Of a DNA stretch of 34,215 nucleotides, positions 9,350-17,751 are shown one piece after another. The notes under the pieces are model-generated. The model did not search any database, was not told where the DNA came from, and saw only the letters and a program-made list of their open reading frames with translations. Both the position numbers and the translations under genes were made by a program. This DNA comes from Microcoleus sp. GTDB taxonomy: Bacteria; Cyanobacteriota; Cyanobacteriia; Cyanobacteriales; Microcoleaceae. How positions within the stretch are numbered: position 1 is the first letter of the stretch; each line of letters starts with the position of its first letter. The stretch covers positions 1 through 34,215 of the forward strand of contig JBDTEI010000575.1 in the NCBI GenBank assembly GCA_039922675.1. The letters are read 5' to 3'.

Positions 9350-11455
9350 ATGGCTTCTTCCAATACCCCTGATTCTCAAAAAACTCCGCGTTCCCGAGGC
9401 TCTCGCGAGTCTCGCAGACACACGCCGAAAGCAAATACTAAAGGCCTTTATCAAAGAGCTTTTAAAGAAGCTTTTGTCAAGCTCGACCCCCGGCTGATGC
9501 TGAAAAATCCGGTGATGTTTGTGGTTTGGGTTGGCACAATTGTAACTGCATTATTAACGATCGACCCCACGCTGTTCGGCCCGGTTCCCGGAAACAATCA
9601 GGTAGTTTTTAACGGTCTCGTGACGTTCATTTTGTTCTTTACTTTGGTGTTTGCTAATTTCGCGGAAGCGGTAGCGGAAGGGCGCGGGAAAGCGCAAGCA
9701 GATGCACTGCGATCGACCAAAGCCGACACCACAGCCCGCAAACTCTTACCAGACGGTTCAATTCAAGAAGTTAGTTCGACATCCCTGAGACGCGGCGACC
9801 AAATTAAAGTGATCGCAGGCGATGTCATTCCTTCTGATGGCGAAGTGATTGCAGGCGTTGCGTCGGTGGACGAATCTGCGATCACGGGCGAATCGGCGCC
9901 TGTGCTCAAGGAACCGGGTTCGGACATCGCCAGTTCCGTCACCGGCGGGACGCGCATCCTGTCGGACGAACTAACGCTGCGGGTGATGTCCGACCCCGGT
10001 AAGGGGTTTTTGGACAGGATGATCGCGCTGGTGGAGGGCGCTGAACGCTCGAAAACGCCGAACGAGATCGCGCTGACGGTGCTGCTGGCGGTGCTGACTC
10101 TGGTGTTTTTGATTGTGGTATCGACGATTCCGCCGATCGGCAATTACGTGAAAACTCCTGTGGGCGTGGTGACGCTGGTTTCGCTGCTGGTGGCGCTGAT
10201 TCCGACGACGATTGGCGGTTTGTTGAGCGCGATCGGCATTGCGGGGATGGATCGCGTCGCTCAGTTTAACGTGATAGCGACCTCTGGGCGCGCCGTAGAG
10301 GCTTGCGGCGACGTGAATACGCTGATTTTGGACAAAACGGGGACGATCACGCTGGGCAACCGTTTAGCCGAGGAGTTTATTCCGGTAAACGGTCATTCGC
10401 TGCAACAAGTGGCGCAGGTAGCGCTGACTGCGAGCGTGTTTGACGATACTCCCGAGGGAAAGTCGATCGTCCGTTTGGCCGAAAAGTTGGGCGCAGTCGC
10501 CCAGTTCGATCGCGAAAACGCTGAAGGAGCCACCGGGCTTGATTTTTCGGCTAAAACGCGGATGTCGGGCACGGATTTGCCCGATGGTATAGAGGTTCGC
10601 AAGGGTGCGGTGGATGCGGTGAAGGGTTTTGTGCGATCGCGCGGCGGCAACTTCGGGCCCGATCTCGATGAAGCTTACGAGCGGGTTTCGCGCTTGGGCG
10701 GCACACCTTTAGGCGTTTGTCAAGGCAACGACACCTACGGCATTATCTATTTGAAAGATATCATCAAACCGGGAATTCGCGATCGGTTTGACCAACTGCG
10801 AAAAATGGGAATTCGCACCATCATGCTCACCGGAGATAACCGAATTACCGCCTCAGTAATTGCCGACGAAGCAGGGGTTGACGACTTCATTGCCGAAGCA
10901 ACTCCAGAGGACAAAATAGAAGTAATTCGCAAGCAACAAGCAGAAGGCAAATTAGTAGCAATGACGGGAGACGGAACCAACGACGCACCCGCGCTAGCGC
11001 AAGCAAACGTAGGACTTGCGATGAATTCTGGAACCCAAGCAGCTAAGGAAGCTGCGAACATGGTGGACTTAGATTCTGACCCCACAAAACTCATTGACTT
11101 AGTGACAATCGGCAAACAGTTGCTGATTACTCGCGGCGCGCTGACCACCTTTTCGCTAGCGAACGACATTGCCAAATATTTTGCAATTATTCCGGCAATG
11201 TTTGCCCCAGTTGGTGCTTTAAATATTATGGGTTTAGCCAGCGGCCAATCCGCTGTTCTATCTGCATTAATTTACAATGCTTTGATTATTCCCGCTTTGA
11301 TTCCTCTAGCATTAACCGGGGTCAAGTTTAGACCTTTGAGCGCCAATCAACTATTGCAGCGGAACATTTTAATCTACGGATTGGGCGGAGCAGTCGCGCC
11401 GTTTATCGCCATCAAAATCATCGATGTTTTCATTTCCGCCGTTGGGCTAGCATAG
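9350..11455 (+). CDS. kdpB: K+-transporting P-type ATPase subunit B
   Basis: Motifs DKTGT (phosphorylation site), [44 protein letters not shown] and ANDIAKYF. Confidence 0.98.
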   Translation: MASSNTPDSQKTPRSRGSRESRRHTPKANTKGLYQRAFKEAFVKLDPRLMLKNPVMFVVWVGTIVTALLTIDPTLFGPVPGNNQVVFNGLVTFILFFTLVFANFAEAVAEGRGKAQADALRSTKADTTARKLLPDGSIQEVSSTSLRRGDQIKVIAGDVIPSDGEVIAGVASVDESAITGESAPVLKEPGSDIASSVTGGTRILSDELTLRVMSDPGKGFLDRMIALVEGAERSKTPNEIALTVLLAVLTLVFLIVVSTIPPIGNYVKTPVGVVTLVSLLVALIPTTIGGLLSAIGIAGMDRVAQFNVIATSGRAVEACGDVNTLILDKTGTITLGNRLAEEFIPVNGHSLQQVAQVALTASVFDDTPEGKSIVRLAEKLGAVAQFDRENAEGATGLDFSAKTRMSGTDLPDGIEVRKGAVDAVKGFVRSRGGNFGPDLDEAYERVSRLGGTPLGVCQGNDTYGIIYLKDIIKPGIRDRFDQLRKMGIRTIMLTGDNRITASVIADEAGVDDFIAEATPEDKIEVIRKQQAEGKLVAMTGDGTNDAPALAQANVGLAMNSGTQAAKEAANMVDLDSDPTKLIDLVTIGKQLLITRGALTTFSLANDIAKYFAIIPAMFAPVGALNIMGLASGQSAVLSALIYNALIIPALIPLALTGVKFRPLSANQLLQRNILIYGLGGAVAPFIAIKIIDVFISAVGLA

Positions 11456-11570
11456 AGCTTCAGCAGCGAAACACTGTACGGGATTTAAGGGAGATCGAAA
11501 AGAGGAAAGCTAACCAAAAGATACTTGCTGTAATTTGTCAAACAATTTAATTTGAAAAACAGGAGAAATT

Positions 11571-11840
11571 ATGAAACGGAATGATTGGCTGAATGATGTT
11601 TTGCCGAGGAATTTTCAAGAAACCGTTGAGTTAGGACAAATGCTTTGGCAGCGCCACCCAATCCCGGTGCAGCTATTTCTGGTAATGTGCTTTAACTTGA
11701 TAATTGCACCGGCTGTTTATGCCGCTGCGGATGAAGGTTTGACAAAAAAAGCTGCATGGGGTTTAAGTCTCTTGGGTTTGGTAATCGTCGGACTCGCAGT
11801 TTATTTGTTTGTCGTGATTTTTCAGCCAGAAAGATTTTAG
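11571..11840 (+). CDS. kdpG: Small hydrophobic Kdp subunit (cyanobacterial KdpG; KdpF-like C-terminus)
   Basis: Located between kdpB and kdpC, with RBS AGGAG. C-terminus GLAVYLFVVIFQPERF matches the KdpF YL..al..PE.F signature and follows an extra hydrophobic segment. Confidence 0.85.
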   Translation: MKRNDWLNDVLPRNFQETVELGQMLWQRHPIPVQLFLVMCFNLIIAPAVYAAADEGLTKKAAWGLSLLGLVIVGLAVYLFVVIFQPERF

Positions 11841-11864
11841 GTAAATATCTGCATTGTGAATCTT

Positions 11865-11928
11865 AGAAACCGGGTTTTTTACCGAATCTGCGCAATAAAA
11901 CGAAATATTTCGCAAAAACCCGGTTTCT
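11865..11928. repeat. Inverted-repeat element with perfect 15-bp arms
   Basis: AGAAACCGGGTTTTT ... AAAAACCCGGTTTCT, between kdpG and kdpC. Confidence 0.8.
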
Positions 11929-11940
11929 GGATCTCGTGCG

Positions 11941-11980
11941 CTTCCTTTCTTCTTCCCTCTTCCTTCTTCCTTCTCCCTTC
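11941..11980 (+). repeat. Pyrimidine heptamer STRR (CTTCCTT-like)
   Basis: cttcctttcttcttccctcttccttcttccttctcccttc, just before the kdpC RBS (GAGG). Confidence 0.7.
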
Positions 11981-11993
11981 ATTGAGGTAATTT

Positions 11994-12623
11994 ATGAGAG
12001 AATTAATCAGAGCAATTCGCGTTACTTTAGTTCTGTGGGGAATCACAGCCGTTATCTATCCCTTAATCTTGCTAGTAATCGGTCAAATAGCTTTCCCCTC
12101 GCAGGCAAACGGCAGCTTGATTCGCAAGCAGGGAGTTGTAGTCGGTTCCTCGTTAATAGGTCAACCTTTCACCTCGGAAAAATATTTTTGGAGCCGCCCC
12201 AGCGCCACAAATTACAGCAGCTTTGAGAGCAAGGATTACGACCCTACAAAGGCAGAAAATACCAGTCAAAAAACTGGCACTTCAGGCGCTACTAACCTTG
12301 CTCCCAGCAACTCGGATTTGCTGAAGCGAGGCAATGAAAAAGATGGTTTTCAGGGGGTGCAAGTTGAATTAGACCGCCTCAAGAAAGCTGGCATCACACC
12401 GACGGCGGATTTAGTCTATACTTCCGGTTCAGGCCTCGATCCCCACATTAGTGTAGAGGCTGCTAAGGCGCAAATTCAGCGGATAGCAACCGTGCGTGCG
12501 ATCGATCTCAATCAAGTAGAAATGTTGGTCGCTAAAAATACAGACGGCAGATTTCTCGGGATTTTCGGCGAACCGGGAGTTAACGTCCTGCAATTGAATT
12601 TGGCTCTCGACGGTTTAAAATAG
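11994..12623 (+). CDS. kdpC: K+-transporting ATPase subunit C
   Basis: N-terminal TM with IYP; motifs QANGSLI, GSSLIGQPF, YFWSRPSA, SGATNLAPSN, DLVYTSGSGLDPHIS and GEPGVNVLQLNLALD. Confidence 0.97.
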   Translation: MRELIRAIRVTLVLWGITAVIYPLILLVIGQIAFPSQANGSLIRKQGVVVGSSLIGQPFTSEKYFWSRPSATNYSSFESKDYDPTKAENTSQKTGTSGATNLAPSNSDLLKRGNEKDGFQGVQVELDRLKKAGITPTADLVYTSGSGLDPHISVEAAKAQIQRIATVRAIDLNQVEMLVAKNTDGRFLGIFGEPGVNVLQLNLALDGLK

Positions 12624-12900
12624 TTGAGAGTCAGTTGACAGTTGACAGTTGACAGTTGACAGTTGACAGCTTGCCCTGTAGTTCCGCTAGGCTCACGCTT
12701 CCGCGAAGTCGAAGGGAGCTTGGCCTGCACTGAGCCTGCCGAAGGGTCGAAGGGTTGACAGTTGTTAGTTGTCAGTTGACAGCTTGCCCTGAGTTTATCG
12801 AAGGGTTGATAGTTGACAACTAACAACTAACTACTGACAAATGACAACTAACAACTGACAAATGACTGCTGACCACTGACAATTGACCACTAACTACTGA
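12624..12900. repeat. Composite STRR array (CAGTTGA)n ... (AACTGAC)n with nested small dispersed repeats
   Basis: CAGTTGA tandem units on the left and near-complementary AACTGAC/AACTAAC units on the right. They are interrupted by three GCTTG(C/G)CCTG...CGAAGGG units at about 12669-12716, 12718-12754 and 12782-12805. Confidence 0.85.
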
Positions 12901-12903
12901 GCT

Positions 12904-14058
12904 ATGATTCACTCTAGCGAACTCCCAGACCAACAAGCAGATACGGTTTACGTCCAACCAAACCGCACTTACGATCGCGCCCCCCGCCGGGGAAAGCACA
13001 AAATATTTATCGGCATGGCCCCCGGTGTCGGTAAAACTTTCCGAATGCTCGAAGAAGGGCACAGGCTAAAATTGGAAGGCATTGATGTCGCCGTCGGATT
13101 GTTAGAAACTCACGGGCGCAAAGAGACATCCGCTAAAGCCGAAGGACTGGAAATAGTGCCGCGAAAACCAATGTTGCGCGGCGAAAAAATGCTGAATGAA
13201 ATGGATACTGAGGCAGTCATCGAACGCCGCCCTCAACTAGCATTAATAGACGAACTTGCTCACACAAATATTCCCGGTTCTCTGCGAGAAAAGCGATATC
13301 AAGATGTTGAAGAAATTCTGAATGCTGGGATTGATGTTTTTTCCACGCTCAACATTCAGCACATAGAAAGTCTCAACGATTTAGTAGCTCGAATTACCGG
13401 AGTTGTAGTGCGAGAGCGAGTACCAGATCGCATTCTCGAAGCTGCTGACGAAATACTCGTTGTTGATGTCACGCCCGAAACTTTAGAAGAAAGGTTGCTA
13501 GAAGGCAAAATCTACGCTCCCGAAAAAATTGAACAATCTTTAGAAAATTTTTTCCAGCGCCGTCACTTAATTGCTTTGCGAGAGCTGGCTTTGCGAGAAG
13601 TCGCAGATAGTGTTGAAGATGACGCAGCAACTTTAAAAGGTCAAGTTTGCAACATTCACGAACGAGTTTTAGTCTGCCTCTCTACTTACCCAAATTCTTT
13701 GCAACTGCTGCGGCGGGGCGCGAGGATTTCTAATTATATGAATGCCCCGTTTTATGCTGTGTTTGTCGAAGATCCAGACCGATTTTTAACAAAAGCAGAA
13801 AGCTTGCACGTTGAAACTTGTGAGAAACTATGTCAAGAATTTAACGGGAAATTTTTGCGGGTAAACGGCACTAAGATAGCCAAAGCGATCGCAGATGTAG
13901 CGAAAGAGTATCGTATTACTCAAATTGTGATCGGCGAAAGCCAGCAATCTCGCTGGAAGTTGCTGCTGCGGAGCTCTTTGACTCAACAGTTAGTGCGATC
14001 GCTCAAACACGTAGATTTGCACATCATCGCTACCGATAAAAGTGGGATTCCTAATTAG
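12904..14058 (+). CDS. kdpD: Truncated KdpD (KdpD N-terminal sensor domain + Usp domain; no TM, GAF or kinase)
   Basis: Motifs GMAPGVGKT (Walker A), GLLETHGR, DELAHTN, KRYQDV, TLNIQHIESLND and LRELAL, then a Usp domain (ERVLVCLS...ITQIVIGES). Ends at 384 aa with an intact stop. Confidence 0.95.
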   Translation: MIHSSELPDQQADTVYVQPNRTYDRAPRRGKHKIFIGMAPGVGKTFRMLEEGHRLKLEGIDVAVGLLETHGRKETSAKAEGLEIVPRKPMLRGEKMLNEMDTEAVIERRPQLALIDELAHTNIPGSLREKRYQDVEEILNAGIDVFSTLNIQHIESLNDLVARITGVVVRERVPDRILEAADEILVVDVTPETLEERLLEGKIYAPEKIEQSLENFFQRRHLIALRELALREVADSVEDDAATLKGQVCNIHERVLVCLSTYPNSLQLLRRGARISNYMNAPFYAVFVEDPDRFLTKAESLHVETCEKLCQEFNGKFLRVNGTKIAKAIADVAKEYRITQIVIGESQQSRWKLLLRSSLTQQLVRSLKHVDLHIIATDKSGIPN

Positions 14059-14124
14059 TTATCAGTCATTAGTCCTGAGTCATTAGTCATCAGTCATTAG
14101 TCATTAGTCATCAGTCATTAGTCA
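14056..14124 (+). repeat. Heptameric STRR array (TCATTAG/TCATCAG)
   Basis: About 9 tandem units starting at the kdpD stop codon. Confidence 0.85.
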
Positions 14125-14158
14125 GAGGATGCCCGGTAAATTAACCAAAATATTTGCA

Positions 14159-14216
14159 GGGGCGGGTTTCACCCACAATCTATAATTCCCACTAACAATC
14201 TCTATCAACCCGCCCC
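14159..14216. repeat. REP-like inverted repeat
   Basis: GGGGCGGGTT (14159-14168) ... AACCCGCCCC (14207-14216), perfect 10-bp arms. Confidence 0.7.
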
Positions 14217-14372
14217 CACCACGCGACAAAATTTGATTGCGCCCAATTCAAGAGACATCGCATAACAACTGCTACTTTAGGAGGAGAGCAGACTCTAGCT
14301 TACGGCCGATGCGCCAGAAGTTTTTACCTGTAAAGATCGCACGTGTTAAATCTTATTAAAAGTGCGATCGCT

Positions 14373-15611
14373 ATGGTGGATAATTACATACTCAACTTGT
14401 TAGTGATTGGCATCCTCCTGCTTACCGTCACCCTGGGATCTGGATGGATTTCGCGATTGCCGGTATCTTATGCCTTAATTTATCTACTTGTCGGCATCGG
14501 ATTGGGGCCCTACGGCGTCAAGCTGATTGAATTGCGCCCCCACGCTCTATTTTTAGAAAGACTTACAGAATTTGTAGTGATTGTTTCTCTGTTCAGTTGC
14601 GGCTTAAAAATGAATCGCCCGCTGCAACTTTGGGCGTGGAATTCCACAGCGCGGCTGATCGGTTTGTTACTGCCAATTTCAATTTTTGCTGTGGCTGCGA
14701 TCGGTCATTGGTTTGTAAAATTAGATTGGGGCCCGGCGATTTTATTGGGAGCAATTCTTGCTCCCACCGATCCAGTTTTAGCCTCAGAAGTTCAATTAGC
14801 TAATATAGACGATCGCGATGAATTGCGATTTGCTTTAACATCAGAAGGTGGTTTGAACGACGCGTTAGCTTTTCCCTTCGTTTATTTCGGAATTTATGCC
14901 CTAAAAGATAACAACTGGCCGAACTGGTTTTCGCAGTGGGTAGCAATTGACTTGCTTTGGGCGACCACTGTAGGTATCGTTATGGGCATTTTAGTAGCTA
15001 AAGCCGTCACCTGGATCGATCTAAGACTCCAACGCTACCGACCAGCAGATGAATTAATGGAAGATTTCATCGCTCTCAGCACAATTCTGCTCACCTATTC
15101 GCTCACAGAAGTAGTCAACGGCTACGGATTCCTCGCAGTTTTTGTAGCAGGAATTGTGGTGCAGCGCAGTTACCGCGACCCAGAAAAACCGCTTTCCCAA
15201 CTGCACTTTACCGAGCGCATTGAAAAGTTAATGGAAGTAGCAACTATTTTACTATTAGGTTCGCTCATTCGCCTAGAACCTATGCTCGCGTTTGGAGGTT
15301 ACTCGCTTTTAGTAGCTGGATTGTTAATTTTTTTGATTCGACCTGTAGGAGCTTGGATCAGTACGATCGGCAGTCGTTTGCATCCCGCCAGCCGCTTGCT
15401 GTGCGGTTGGTTCGGCATTCGCGGCGTCGGTTCAATCTATTATCTTACCTATGCTTTTGGTCACGGTTTAAAAGGCGAAACCGCCGAAAAACTTGCCTGG
15501 ATAACCTTTACCACCATCGTCTTTTCTGTGATTGTGCACGGCATTAGTGCCACCCCGTTAATGAACTGGTACGAGCGCCGAATTAAACCTCAATTACCAG
15601 ATTTAAGTTAA
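14373..15611 (+). CDS. CPA1 (NhaP-type) cation/H+ antiporter
   Basis: Motifs LAPTDPVLA, SEGGLNDALAFPFV, GFLAVFVAG, LIRP, WFGIRGVGS and SVIVHG. ATG 14373 is preferred over GTG 14343. Confidence 0.92.
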   Translation: MVDNYILNLLVIGILLLTVTLGSGWISRLPVSYALIYLLVGIGLGPYGVKLIELRPHALFLERLTEFVVIVSLFSCGLKMNRPLQLWAWNSTARLIGLLLPISIFAVAAIGHWFVKLDWGPAILLGAILAPTDPVLASEVQLANIDDRDELRFALTSEGGLNDALAFPFVYFGIYALKDNNWPNWFSQWVAIDLLWATTVGIVMGILVAKAVTWIDLRLQRYRPADELMEDFIALSTILLTYSLTEVVNGYGFLAVFVAGIVVQRSYRDPEKPLSQLHFTERIEKLMEVATILLLGSLIRLEPMLAFGGYSLLVAGLLIFLIRPVGAWISTIGSRLHPASRLLCGWFGIRGVGSIYYLTYAFGHGLKGETAEKLAWITFTTIVFSVIVHGISATPLMNWYERRIKPQLPDLS

Positions 15612-15697
15612 TTCATACCAATCTTAATTATCGATCGCCTCAAACTTCCCCCATCCCCTACAATAAAAATCTCGCCCCGTTTCCCCCAGGTGACACG

Positions 15698-16306
15698 ATG
15701 CACTCCACCCTCACCCAACTCGATACCATCACCCTAGAACTCCCCACCTCTACCATTCTCCACGTCACCCCCGAACAGTTCGAGGAACTTGCCGCTGTCA
15801 ATCCCGATTTAAGATTAGAACGAACGGCTCAAGGAGAATTAATCGTGAATCCACCTACTGGAGGCGAATCAGGATATCGTAATGTCAAAATTTCCTACTT
15901 TTTAGTTAAGTGGGTCGAAGAGGAGGGGGGTCATGGTATACCCTTCGACTCCTCCACAGGATTTATCCTCCCCAGTGGTGCTCGCCTTTCCCCGGATGCC
16001 TCCTGGGTGCGACGAGAACGGTGGGAAGCTATGACTCCCGAACAACGCCGAGGATTTGTTCCCCTATGTCCCGATTTTGTCGTCGAGTTGCGATCGGCTA
16101 CAGATAGCCTTGCTAAACTACAAGAGAAAATGCAGGAATATCTCAACAATGGTGCGAGATTGGGATGGTTAATTGACCCTCAGAATCAACGAGTCGAGAT
16201 CTACCGTCCGGGCCAAGAAATCCAGGTTTTAGAACATCCCGCAGAACTGTCTGGAGATGATGTATTACCCGGATTTATCTTAAACTTACGACGAATTTGG
16301 CAGTGA
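15698..16306 (+). CDS. Uma2 family endonuclease (DUF820)
   Basis: Motifs LRLERTAQGELIVNPP, FDSSTGF, SPDASW, PLCPDFVVELRS and GARLGWLIDP. Confidence 0.95.
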   Translation: MHSTLTQLDTITLELPTSTILHVTPEQFEELAAVNPDLRLERTAQGELIVNPPTGGESGYRNVKISYFLVKWVEEEGGHGIPFDSSTGFILPSGARLSPDASWVRRERWEAMTPEQRRGFVPLCPDFVVELRSATDSLAKLQEKMQEYLNNGARLGWLIDPQNQRVEIYRPGQEIQVLEHPAELSGDDVLPGFILNLRRIWQ

Positions 16307-16324
16307 ATTCGAGGATACTTTTCA

Positions 16325-16342
16325 GGGTAGATTTCCCTACCC
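16325..16342. terminator. Short hairpin between convergent genes
   Basis: GGGTAG-atttcc-CTACCC, between the Uma2 and methyltransferase stops; no clear U-tract. Confidence 0.35.
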
Positions 16343-16348
16343 GTGTTC

Positions 16349-16999
16349 TTACCGATCTATAATGATGACTGGTTTAACTCCCACCAACAAAGCGAGTTCT
16401 CGCCACTTCCAATAACAGTCTACATTGTCAAAACCAATTTCTCTAAACCAACTCAGTTGCGTTTCCACATCGAGCAATTTATTCGACGGATCGTCGGGCG
16501 ACTCGCTAATACCCAGCGCCTCTCGAAATTTGTTATGTAAAGCGGGAGTTGGGGACGCTACGTGCTCCAAATTGCCAAAAATGCCTCCGGGTTCCAAAAG
16601 CTCGAAAATCTCGGTGTAGAGGGCAAATTTGCGCTCGTCTGTTACGTGATGAATCGCAAAACTAGAAACGATCGCATCAAACTTGCCCAAATCTGGTAAT
16701 GATTCGTCAAAATTGTGCTCGATTACAGTGACATTTTTGTCGTCAGCAAAGCGAATTCTGGCTTTTTCCAGCATTGTCGGCGAAAAGTCGATCGCCACAC
16801 ATTCAACATTCGGGCGATCGCACTTAAGCAGACCCAACAACCGCCCATCACCCGTACCCACATCCAGAATCCGCTTCACAGTCTTCGGTACCTCCTCCAA
16901 CAAAACCGCTTCACCCTCAGTGCGGTGAGGAATGCCATCAGCCTTCGCAAGATACCACAAAGCGTGTTCCGCCGAAGCCCAAAGATTGACTTGACTCAT
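16349..16999 (-). CDS. Class I SAM-dependent methyltransferase
   Basis: Motif [10 protein letters not shown]; also [20 protein letters not shown] and LLEPGG. Confidence 0.92.
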   Translation of the reverse strand: MSQVNLWASAEHALWYLAKADGIPHRTEGEAVLLEEVPKTVKRILDVGTGDGRLLGLLKCDRPNVECVAIDFSPTMLEKARIRFADDKNVTVIEHNFDESLPDLGKFDAIVSSFAIHHVTDERKFALYTEIFELLEPGGIFGNLEHVASPTPALHNKFREALGISESPDDPSNKLLDVETQLSWFREIGFDNVDCYWKWRELALLVGVKPVIIIDR

Positions 17000-17005
17000 A
17001 TTTTT

Positions 17006-17467
17006 TTAACCCTCATAAAGCTCGCCGTTTTTGCGAGTAAAAATCCAACCATTATCGCTAGCTTTAGCGATTAAGTCATCATCGGGATAATTAGCTGAAT
17101 CTCCCGGAGTGCGATCGCCAATTTCCAGATAAACAACATCAGCATTCGTGCGGTTAACCAAATGATGCCCGTCAGCATCACCCGCCGGAAAACCTGCGGC
17201 CATACCCGGTTGCAGCACTTGCTCTCCCGAATTAGAAATCAAAGTAACTTCCCCTTCCAGAACATAGACTAACTCATCTTGGCGAGTATGCCAATGCCTG
17301 AGAGCAGAACAACTTCCCGGCGCCAGTCTCACCAAATTTACCCCAAAATTCAGCAATCCTGCGGCATTTCCCAAGCGTTTTTTAACTCTCCCCGCCACCG
17401 CCGACTTGAATTCCTGAGGATAATTAGAGCCTGTACTGTCCTGCACATTTTCAGGATTGACAATCAT
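17006..17467 (-). CDS. Cupin domain protein
   Basis: Motifs FGVNLVRLAPG, SALRHWH..QDELVYVLEG, GFPAG...GHHLVN and YLEIGDR...YPDDDL. Likely start is ATG 17467. Confidence 0.9.
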   Translation of the reverse strand: MIVNPENVQDSTGSNYPQEFKSAVAGRVKKRLGNAAGLLNFGVNLVRLAPGSCSALRHWHTRQDELVYVLEGEVTLISNSGEQVLQPGMAAGFPAGDADGHHLVNRTNADVVYLEIGDRTPGDSANYPDDDLIAKASDNGWIFTRKNGELYEG

Positions 17468-17510
17468 AAGGACTACCAAATTTACGTCTCGTAGTTTAAC
17501 ACTTCTTTAA

Positions 17511-17751
17511 GATAAGACGGCGGTTGAAACCTGGTTTACACAAACCAAGAGTCCACTCCAAGCCGACTAAAAAAAATCAGGTAATTTTAACCGCTCTGTC
17601 TTGAGTCCACGGAGGTAGATTTTGTTTGTATAGACGCGGTTTCAACCGCCCAGTCTTCTGAAAAAAATCAGGTAATTTTAACCGCTCGGTTTTGAACCCA
17701 CGGAGGTAGATTTTGTTTGTATAGACGCGGTTTCAACCGCCCCGTCTTATC
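17511..17751. repeat. REP-like element: one left arm plus a tandemly duplicated right arm (91-bp period)
   Basis: The left arm gataagacggcggttgaaacc is inverted relative to ggtttcaaccgccccgtcttatc. Direct repeats lie at about 17570-17657 and 17661-17748. Confidence 0.85.

Noticed and set aside
9700-10740. GC-richer 5' part of kdpB as a recombination mosaic
   Set aside because: An impression by eye only and unquantified; HIP1 sites occur throughout and the protein is continuous.
12512-13062. Minus-strand ORFs with NCQL/SVVS repeats
   Set aside because: They are translations of heptamer STRR arrays overlapping kdpC and kdpD.
12904-14058. kdpD as a pseudogene
   Set aside because: The ORF ends cleanly after the Usp domain with no downstream kinase remnant, and short KdpD is known in cyanobacteria.
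15698-16999. Uma2 plus methyltransferase as a restriction-modification pair
   Set aside because: The genes are convergent, the MTase is small-molecule type without DPPY/PC motifs, and Uma2 genes are scattered widely in cyanobacteria.
17570-17748. Direct repeats as a possible CRISPR array
   Set aside because: Only two copies of about 88 bp, no unique spacers and no cas genes; REP-like instead.
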